64,000 nt of DNA, from IMG/VR virus record IMGVR_UViG_3300014656_000027, positions 1,704 to 65,703 of that record; one strand, 5' to 3'. Numbering within the stretch: position 1 is the stretch's first letter; each line of letters opens with the position of its first letter. Of the stretch, positions 45,242 to 52,633 are shown piece after piece. The notes under the pieces are model-generated. The model was not told the DNA's origin and did no database searches. It worked only from the letters and a program-made list of their open reading frames with translations. Source of the DNA: a virus (taxonomy: Duplodnaviria > Caudoviricetes). The translations under genes and the position numbers were made by a program.

Positions 45242-45276
45242 AAAAGAGGATTACGATAGTAGTTCTCTTTTTTTTA
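45242..45276 (+). terminator. Intrinsic terminator of the tRNA-tmRNA unit
   Basis: aaagaggattac-gata-gtagttctcttt plus T run. Confidence 0.8.
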
Positions 45277-45428
45277 TTTGTAGAAAAAGTTATCAACAGC
45301 TTGTTTCGTGAGAAAATAGGGCTATCTTTGCACGAAAGTTCATACTTTTTAAATGTTAAACAAACTGTTAGTTGTGAAGCTAGCAGTTTTTTTTTATGTT
45401 TGCATCTTAACATTTAAAAATTACAAGT

Positions 45429-45761
45429 ATGAAAAGTGACTATGCACTCCCTCCATGGGAGCAGGAATTAACCCCAACACCAGACAATCCAGTAATTAAT
45501 CCAAAACAAATCCGTGGACTTTGGATGCCGGAACAGTATCTATTTTCAAAAGACCTTTCTCTACAAGAAAAGATTCTAATGTCTTTTATCTATACGTTAG
45601 ATCAGAAAGACCATTGCTACGCTAGTAATAAGTATTTAGGTGAGCTAATAGGAACGAGTGCAAAGACTGTTTCTAATATGCTCATCAACCTTAAAAAGAA
45701 AGAATATATAGAGTTGTTATCGTGGAATGGTAATATACGGATTATGCGGTGTTTAAAGTAA
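45429..45761 (+). CDS. HTH protein resembling the N-terminus of phage replication initiators
   Basis: DHCYASNKYLGELIGTSAKTVSNMLINLKKKEYIE. Confidence 0.65.
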   Translation: MKSDYALPPWEQELTPTPDNPVINPKQIRGLWMPEQYLFSKDLSLQEKILMSFIYTLDQKDHCYASNKYLGELIGTSAKTVSNMLINLKKKEYIELLSWNGNIRIMRCLK

Positions 45762-45764
45762 AAC

Positions 45765-45831
45765 ACTATACCCAAGACCCGTGATTTACTATACCCAAGA
45801 CTCGGGACTTAACTATACCCAAGACTCGGGA
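45765..45831 (+). repeat. Three 20-bp iteron-like direct repeats, candidate origin
   Basis: actatacccaagac(c/t)cg(t/g)ga at 45765, 45788, 45812, followed by ~130 bp of very AT-rich DNA. Confidence 0.75.
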
Positions 45832-46147
45832 ACATAATATAATAGTATAACTAATAGAGAATAAATAGCATAATTTATATTGTAAAACTTGTAAAAAAAT
45901 TAGGTAAAAAAAATAAAAAAACTTATCATTAATAATACTAATAAATGTACATGTATAATAATATTTATAACTTTGGGGCAATTAGCCGCGCCGAACGGTT
46001 GATCTGCTTCTTGTTTTCATAGCAAGAGTGCCCTCAGTATAATAGCTGAGGGTTTTTTATCTAAAAATATTACTATCTTTGTATTGCGGTTGAGCCTAAT
46101 TAACTCGTAAAAGGTTAGCAAACTTCCTTTCCGCACACTTTAAAAGT

Positions 46148-46693
46148 TTGCTAATTAAAAAGTTTGAAATTATGGAAGATGAGATTTGGAAAGACATTGA
46201 AGGATTTGAAAACTATCAGGTGAGTAATCTAGGTAGGGTTAAAAGTCTCGATAGAGATTTTATTAATGGCAAACCCTTGATTAGAAAAGGGAAAATATTA
46301 AAACCTTCCTTTAATGGGTATGGGTATTTAAGAGTAAGTATTTACAAAAATAATACAGTATCTACTCGAAAAGTACATCGATTAGTAGCTGACGCTTTCA
46401 TTTGTAATCCTAATAATTTACCCCAAGTAAACCACATCAACAGCATAAAAGTTGACAATAATGTTAAAAATCTTGAACGGGTGTCTAATAGAGAGAACAC
46501 GTCTCATTGGCATAAAAAAAGAAAGACAACATCTATATATACGGGGGTTTGTAAAAGAAGCTATGGTTGGCAAAGCACGATTTATGTTGGCGAAAAAAGG
46601 GTTAGTCTTGGGTCATTTAAAACAGAACTAGAAGCTCACCATACTTATTTAAAAGCACTTGAACAATATGATATAAAAAATAAATATGTATAG
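46148..46693 (+). CDS. NUMOD4-HNH-AP2 homing endonuclease
   Basis: EIWKDIEGFENYQVSNLGRVKS; VHRLVA..F...QVNHINSIKVDNNVKNLE; SIYTGV...SLGSFKTELEAH. Confidence 0.85.
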   Translation: MLIKKFEIMEDEIWKDIEGFENYQVSNLGRVKSLDRDFINGKPLIRKGKILKPSFNGYGYLRVSIYKNNTVSTRKVHRLVADAFICNPNNLPQVNHINSIKVDNNVKNLERVSNRENTSHWHKKRKTTSIYTGVCKRSYGWQSTIYVGEKRVSLGSFKTELEAHHTYLKALEQYDIKNKYV

Positions 46694-46746
46694 AGCTAAA
46701 TATTTTGTAATTTAGTCGAGTATTAACAAACTTAATATTATACAAA

Positions 46747-47442
46747 ATGGATGATTTTAAATTAAACATCGAGGTTCGTGTTACCGTAAAACCCGTAAAT
46801 CCTAAAGTTGGAACAAGCCAACGAGGTCCTTACGAACGTAATTTATTTGTCGTAAGTGAATCGAAAACCTCTCATTATGTGGGAGCGAAAACTGATGTTG
46901 CTACATTAGCTGCTAATGCGGTTAAAGTAATGTCAAGACAATGGGCGTTATCGTCTAGTGAGCCGCCAACTGTTTCCGCTAATGCGGCAACAAGTATTTT
47001 AGATACCATTGCAACCGTTACTGGTACTGTTGATGCTAATAGTGTTTCAACTGCTGTGACATGTGAATATGGAACTACTCCAGCTCTTGGAACTTCTCAA
47101 GCTGCTGTGTCAACACCTATCAGTGGTGCAAGCCCTGTAACTTCAACCTGTAATTTAACTGGCTTAACGGCAAGTACAAAGTACTATTACAGGCTTAAAG
47201 TAGTTTCTACTGCTGGTACGCTTTATAGTGAATTAAGAGCATTTACTACATTTGCTACTGGTTACACTACAACTGCTGCTGCAACTACAACCGCCGCTGC
47301 GACTACGACTGCCGCTGCAACCACTACGGCTGCCGCAACGACTACCGCCGCTGCGACAACCACAGCTGCCGCGACAACAACTGCCGCAGCCACAACCACC
47401 GCTGCTGCAACTACAACTGCTGCACCAACGACAACACTCTAA
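46747..47442 (+). CDS. Fibronectin type III-like protein with mucin-like Thr/Ala C-terminal repeat
   Basis: LTGLTASTKYYYRLKVV...GTLYSELRAFTT (FN3-like), then (TTTAAA)x8-TTTAAP-TTTL. Confidence 0.75.
   Translation: MDDFKLNIEVRVTVKPVNPKVGTSQRGPYERNLFVVSESKTSHYVGAKTDVATLAANAVKVMSRQWALSSSEPPTVSANAATSILDTIATVTGTVDANSVSTAVTCEYGTTPALGTSQAAVSTPISGASPVTSTCNLTGLTASTKYYYRLKVVSTAGTLYSELRAFTTFATGYTTTAAATTTAAATTTAAATTTAAATTTAAATTTAAATTTAAATTTAAATTTAAPTTTL
47266..47439 (+). repeat. Coding tandem repeat (TTTAAA)n, 18-bp units
   Basis: Nine full units plus TTTL; each unit uses different synonymous codons. Confidence 0.95.
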
Positions 47443-47443
47443 T

Positions 47444-48400
47444 ATGGATTTAAGTATTATAATCCCATATCACAATGAGGGGGTGGATTTTATATCCACC
47501 ACCCTTGTTTCTATTAGAGATACTATTGATGTTGAGAACTATGAAATAATTATTGTAGATGATGGTTCGGTAAAAGTATTACAACTCACCTTTCCTAAAG
47601 TAAAAATATTAAGACACAACGAAAATAAAGGTGTGGGAGCTGCCTTTGACACAGGAGTTAAAATAGCTCAATCGGAGAATATTTTTTTAATGGGATCGGA
47701 TATCAGATTTCAAAAAAATAAATGGGCATCTATGATGCTTGAAGAAATTAAGCAACATCCAAAAGCTTTTACTTGCACATCTTGTGTGAATATTAATAAG
47801 GAGAATATGGATATCGAAGCACGTAAGAGTGTGGGAGTACCAACAGGAGCAACCATTCTAATGTTTCACGATAAAAAATCTAATCCTAAAGCAACAGAAA
47901 CATTCAGAGGAATAATAGAAGCTAAATGGTTAAAATATATTCCCAACAGAAACATTGACAGTTATGAAATACCCTGCATATTAGGAGCTGCCTATGGAGT
48001 TTCAAAAGAGTGGTATAATTACGTAGATGGATGGGAAGGACATAGACTATGGGGTACATTAGAGCCTTACATATCACTAAAGAGCTGGTTTTTTGGAGGT
48101 TCGTGTAGAGTAGCTCCAAGAATATATACTGCACATATATTCAAAAAAGCAGGTACGCACGGAACACCACAAGATATATTGATGTATAACAAAATGATGG
48201 TGGCCACATTATTATTTGAAGACTACAATAGAATAATATCTTTCCTAGGTTCTAATCCAATTGTAGAGAGGGGAAGAAAAATGTACAAGGATAATATGGT
48301 TTGGATACTAGCCAAAAAAGCGGAGTACAGAAAAAAGATAGCGATTGATATTAAAGCCTTTTTTAAGGAATGGAATATAGATATGCGATATGAGGATTAA
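47444..48400 (+). CDS. GT-A glycosyltransferase (GT2/GT27 ppGalNAc-T-like)
   Basis: SIIIPYHNEG, EIIIVDDGS, HNENKGVGAA, LWGTLEPYISLKSWFFGGSC...HIFKK; ATG at 47444, one base after the upstream stop. Confidence 0.85.
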   Translation: MDLSIIIPYHNEGVDFISTTLVSIRDTIDVENYEIIIVDDGSVKVLQLTFPKVKILRHNENKGVGAAFDTGVKIAQSENIFLMGSDIRFQKNKWASMMLEEIKQHPKAFTCTSCVNINKENMDIEARKSVGVPTGATILMFHDKKSNPKATETFRGIIEAKWLKYIPNRNIDSYEIPCILGAAYGVSKEWYNYVDGWEGHRLWGTLEPYISLKSWFFGGSCRVAPRIYTAHIFKKAGTHGTPQDILMYNKMMVATLLFEDYNRIISFLGSNPIVERGRKMYKDNMVWILAKKAEYRKKIAIDIKAFFKEWNIDMRYED

Positions 48401-49154
48401 GTATATACACTGCAACGCTGGAGAGCACTTTTTAAGAGGACTGATGGCTAAGTATAGCCTTAGTAAGTTTAAAAAAATAGACGAACCTTGTTTATGGTTT
48501 GGATGCTATGGAGAAGCGCAGATAGACACATTGATTAATCATCAAGCTCCTGCCCTTATGGTATGGTCAGGAACGGATGCTACAGTAGCAGTAAATAATC
48601 CTAAGATCATAGAGAAGTTAAAGAACGCAACACATATTCAATTCGTAGCAATATCAAAATTCATAGCGAATGATATGGAAAAAGCAGGATTACCGTATAA
48701 AAGAATACCGATATTGCCATATTCCAATGATGATATAAAGCCAGTACCATTAGGGGATTCTATTTATATTTATAAATCACAACATTTTACATACGGGAAA
48801 ATCCTTAATAATAAAATTAAAGAGCTGATCCCTAATATAAACTTCATAGAATGTGATTTCAACGCTTACAAAAGGAAAGACTTACTAGAAATATATAAAA
48901 AATGTTTTCTAGGATTAAGGTTGATAAAACATGATGGATTATCTAATACAGTTTGTGAGTTAGGGCTTATGGGAAGAAAGGTAATATGGAATGGAGATAC
49001 CCCTAATGCCATACCTTATGACCCTAATAATATTGATGATATAGTTGAAAAAATAAATCACGAATACGAAAATAGAAAATCATCTGATTATAATTCAATA
49101 TCTTTACAAATGAAAAAATTCCTTGATATAGGGGATTCATTCTTAAACATATAA
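48390..49154 (+). CDS. Putative GT-B (GT4-like) glycosyltransferase
   Basis: HDGLSNTVCELGLMGRKVI resembles the EGxxxxxxEAxxxGxPV donor-binding helix; FVAISKFI. Confidence 0.55.
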   Translation: MRIKYIHCNAGEHFLRGLMAKYSLSKFKKIDEPCLWFGCYGEAQIDTLINHQAPALMVWSGTDATVAVNNPKIIEKLKNATHIQFVAISKFIANDMEKAGLPYKRIPILPYSNDDIKPVPLGDSIYIYKSQHFTYGKILNNKIKELIPNINFIECDFNAYKRKDLLEIYKKCFLGLRLIKHDGLSNTVCELGLMGRKVIWNGDTPNAIPYDPNNIDDIVEKINHEYENRKSSDYNSISLQMKKFLDIGDSFLNI

Positions 49155-49157
49155 ATA

Positions 49158-49739
49158 ATGCTAGTAGAAACCGTAAAAGAATATTATGAGAAAAGAACAT
49201 CTCACCATGAATCATATTTCATAACAAAGAGTTCAAGGATAGCAGAGCTGATAAGCTTCATAGATAGACTACATGAAGAACATAATTTTAAATCGGCATT
49301 AGATATTGGATGCGGAGTAGGTATAACAACGGAACACCTTAGAAGATGCACGAAGAGAGTTGTGGGGACGGATCTTGCGGACAAAGCAATAAAAGTAGCG
49401 AAGGAAAGACATCTTTATAGTGATGTAGAGTATTTAGCTGGCGATTTTACGAAGTTATTGTTTGAAGAAAAATTCGATTTAGTGTGCTTGTTTGATGTGC
49501 TTGAACACATACTCCCAGAACACCGTAAAAACTTCTTAAAAAACGTGATAAGTCATTGTAGTGGTATTGTGGCGGTATCTATACCAGATCCAAAGGTCAC
49601 AGCAAGATTTAAAGAAACAAATCCCGGGGTGCTACAAATTGTAGACGAAGAGATACACGATAAAGACTTGGTTGATTTTATTATTCTTGAAAAATATCAA
49701 AAAGGAGTTTATATTTATTATGTATTAAAACCTAAATAA
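49158..49739 (+). CDS. Class I SAM-dependent methyltransferase
   Basis: ALDIGCGVG, VGTDLAD, KFDLVCLFDVLEHI. Confidence 0.85.
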   Translation: MLVETVKEYYEKRTSHHESYFITKSSRIAELISFIDRLHEEHNFKSALDIGCGVGITTEHLRRCTKRVVGTDLADKAIKVAKERHLYSDVEYLAGDFTKLLFEEKFDLVCLFDVLEHILPEHRKNFLKNVISHCSGIVAVSIPDPKVTARFKETNPGVLQIVDEEIHDKDLVDFIILEKYQKGVYIYYVLKPK

Positions 49740-49744
49740 CAGCC

Positions 49745-50053
49745 ATGAAACTAATTCGGCAATTAATATCATTTCTAAAAAAGTGGCTATGGGATAAACC
49801 TATAATCACACCACAACCAAAAGCTACAGATGTACTTAATCAGTGGATTTGTGTTGAGTATAAAAAGCAATGGGTAAGCTTAAGAAAAAACGAGCTCACA
49901 GCATGGAACAGAATGGGGCGCAAAGATAAGAGAGCTATGGCGAAACGTTTTGAAACCCTCCAAAAAAAAGGACACTTAAAATTTGTTGAGATAAAGGGTA
50001 AAATGATATGTATCAAATCAAAAGACTACGAATCTAAATCTGAAAAGCTATGA
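49745..50053 (+). CDS. Hypothetical protein
   Basis: 102 aa basic ORF. Confidence 0.5.
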   Translation: MKLIRQLISFLKKWLWDKPIITPQPKATDVLNQWICVEYKKQWVSLRKNELTAWNRMGRKDKRAMAKRFETLQKKGHLKFVEIKGKMICIKSKDYESKSEKL

Positions 50054-51324
50054 ATTTTTTAAGTTTATTCGATGGAATGTCATGCGGACAAATAGCACTT
50101 AAGGAATTAGGAGTTAAAATAGATAATTACTACTCTTCTGAAATAGATAAATATGCCATTCAACAAACTCAATATAACTTTCCTAACACAATACAGTTGG
50201 GAGATATAGAGAAGTGGAGAAAATGGGATATAGACTTCTCATCCATTAATTTAGTATTTGCAGGAAGTCCTTGTCAAGGATTCAGTTTTGCAGGAAAACA
50301 ATTAGCTTTTGACGATCCAAGAAGTAAGTTGTTTTTTGTATTCGTTGAGATATTAAATCATATCAGAAAGCTTAATCCTAACGTAAAATTCCTCTTAGAG
50401 AACGTTCAGATGAAGAAAGAATACTTACGCATTATTAGTGAGTATGTAGGGATATTTCCGGTATGGATAAACAGCAACCTCGTCTCAGCACAAAACAGAA
50501 ATAGAGTCTATTGGTCTAATATAAAGACAAAAGAAACAGGATTGTTTGATGAGTTATGGACGGATATTCCACAACCAGAAGATAGAGGGATTTTACTAAA
50601 GGATATCTTACAGTCAGAGGAGGATATTGATGCTAAGTATTATTTAAGTGATAAGATGCTAAATTACTTTGATAAACGAGCAGCGAACTTCAATGCAGGA
50701 AAAGTAAATGTAAGAGCAGAAACGGATAAAGCAAGCACTATAACAGCAAGTTGTAAATCGGTTGATATTTCGGACAACTTTATAAAAGTAAATACATCTC
50801 TAAAAATCACATCAGACCAAGAAAAATCAAATTGCTTTACGGCTGGGGGGAATAGTGGAGGATTACATTCTGATATGGATATTATCTGTGTAGCAATGCG
50901 AGGACGTAACCCAGATAACCCAAGCGATAGAAAAACAGGAAGCCCAACAGAACAAAGATTAGAGGCTAAAACAGACGGTAAAACAAATTGCCTTATAAGT
51001 GTTCAGAAGGATAATTTTATTATGACTAAAAATTATATTCAGTGGGATACGTCTGGTAAAGGATATAAATCACAACAAGATAGGGCGTTCTATGAAAGGG
51101 GAAAACACGGTTCATTACCAAGTGCGCATGCCGCTGATAAAAACGGGGTATTAACAAATGATTTTAAATTAAGACGATTAACACCAACGGAAGCCTCCAG
51201 TTTACAGACTATTCCAGAATGGTATTTATGGCAAGTATCTGATACTCAGCAATATAGAATGTTAGGAAATGGTTGGACAATCGAAATAATAAAACACATT
51301 TTAAGCTATATGACATGGAAGTAA
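50050..51324 (+). CDS. DNA (cytosine-5) methyltransferase
   Basis: LSLFDGM, GSPCQGFS, LLENV, QNRNRVYW, RRLTPTE, MLGNGW. Confidence 0.92.
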   Translation: MNFLSLFDGMSCGQIALKELGVKIDNYYSSEIDKYAIQQTQYNFPNTIQLGDIEKWRKWDIDFSSINLVFAGSPCQGFSFAGKQLAFDDPRSKLFFVFVEILNHIRKLNPNVKFLLENVQMKKEYLRIISEYVGIFPVWINSNLVSAQNRNRVYWSNIKTKETGLFDELWTDIPQPEDRGILLKDILQSEEDIDAKYYLSDKMLNYFDKRAANFNAGKVNVRAETDKASTITASCKSVDISDNFIKVNTSLKITSDQEKSNCFTAGGNSGGLHSDMDIICVAMRGRNPDNPSDRKTGSPTEQRLEAKTDGKTNCLISVQKDNFIMTKNYIQWDTSGKGYKSQQDRAFYERGKHGSLPSAHAADKNGVLTNDFKLRRLTPTEASSLQTIPEWYLWQVSDTQQYRMLGNGWTIEIIKHILSYMTWK

Positions 51325-52013
51325 AGCAGACACTAGGCAATAATGTAATGATTCGGCTAGATGAGAAAAATGATTACATAGAAACAAAATCAGGAATAAA
51401 GTTATTCTTAGACACTTCCTTTGAACCGGAGAAGCATGTTGTCAGAATAGGAACGGTAGAGGCAGTCCCGAAAGATTTAATCTTCGACAAGAAGCTAAAG
51501 ACATTCCCATGGAAAACAAATATCGAAATAAAAGAGGGGGATAAAGCTGTCATGTATTTTATGGCAATACAAAATTGTCTTGCCCCGGAGCAGAAAAGAT
51601 ACTACAGAGAAGGAAAGCATATCTACATATTCATCAAATATCACAATATCTATGCAGTGATAAGAGATGGAAAGATAATCCCCATAAACGGATACGTATT
51701 AGTTGAGCCGATGGAAGATCCAGAGTGGACGCGTATGACAGAACAAGCAAAGAAAAGCAACCTTATACTACCCGATCTACGCAAACCCAGTAAGACAGAT
51801 GTCACTTATGGAAAAATTGCTTATCTTGGTAGCCCCAACACCGAATATGCAGATATTCATAAGTCAGACAAGTTTTATGATTTAAAAGAGGGAGACGAGG
51901 TTATAATGAAAAAGATAAGAGACATACCTGTAGAATATGAATACCACGCTAAATTAGATGGGGGAAGAAGATTATACAGGATGCAGAGACATGATATATT
52001 AGCAATACGATGA
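51312..52013 (+). CDS. Tandem GroES-like co-chaperonin domain protein
   Basis: Two GroES-like units (LGNNVMIR..ETKSGIKL..GTVEAVP; INGYVLVEP..SNLILP..GKIAYLG..LKEGDEVI); MEVKQ start preferred. Confidence 0.65.
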   Translation, partial: DMEVKQTLGNNVMIRLDEKNDYIETKSGIKLFLDTSFEPEKHVVRIGTVEAVPKDLIFDKKLKTFPWKTNIEIKEGDKAVMYFMAIQNCLAPEQKRYYREGKHIYIFIKYHNIYAVIRDGKIIPINGYVLVEPMEDPEWTRMTEQAKKSNLILPDLRKPSKTDVTYGKIAYLGSPNTEYADIHKSDKFYDLKEGDEVIMKKIRDIPVEYEYHAKLDGGRRLYRMQRHDILAIR

Positions 52014-52633
52014 TAAGCCAATTCACAAATTTAGAGTTTCGGGGGATGTTATTCAATCCTGTGAAAGTTCCTGATGGGGGATCTTTATTTAAGACTTATT
52101 CAGAGCTAAAGAGATACCCTATTTTTAAGAAGTCAGCAGGAAAAGGAATCAATAATGAGCTGGCTATGATGTATATACTCTGTATGTACGACAAGAGCAC
52201 CCCGTATAGAGGAAAATATACCGACGTTTTAAAACGTAAAATAGAGATAGCCCACGATGTAGGTTTTCCTATGGATGAGAAGGGAAATTTCGAGGATGAA
52301 GTAGAGGAGATGATGAAGGGCAAAAACACAATTATTAACATGAAAATAATTGAGTTTGTAAGGCTTCATAGATCATTCAAATATACATACTTAGTCACCA
52401 TTGAAGCAAGTTATTATAACGTGATGCTTGAAGTAATGGAGGGAGCAACCAAAAGGATTACTGATTTAAGGTCTATTCAAGAAGAGCTAGAGGAGACAAT
52501 GATGCAACTTTTACTTGATGACGATAACCCATACCTAAAAGATGCTGTTCTACGATATATGGAGGATGAGCGGTTGCACTTACGTCCAGAATCAATTGCT
52601 CTTAAACTAATGAACAATGAACACCCTATCTAA
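52010..52633 (+). CDS. Putative terminase small subunit
   Basis: 207 aa directly upstream of and overlapping the large terminase; call is positional. Confidence 0.4.
   Translation: MISQFTNLEFRGMLFNPVKVPDGGSLFKTYSELKRYPIFKKSAGKGINNELAMMYILCMYDKSTPYRGKYTDVLKRKIEIAHDVGFPMDEKGNFEDEVEEMMKGKNTIINMKIIEFVRLHRSFKYTYLVTIEASYYNVMLEVMEGATKRITDLRSIQEELEETMMQLLLDDDNPYLKDAVLRYMEDERLHLRPESIALKLMNNEHPI

Noticed and set aside
16372-46693. An integrase for the cassette arrays
   Set aside because: No ORF shows a tyrosine-recombinase R-H-R-Y pattern, serine recombinase motifs or an HUH motif that I can recognise.
47252-47443. Leu/Gln/Pro-rich N-terminal extension of the glycosyltransferase in the ORF track
   Set aside because: It is an alternative frame of the TTTAAA repeat; the ATG at 47444 begins the GT2 motif.
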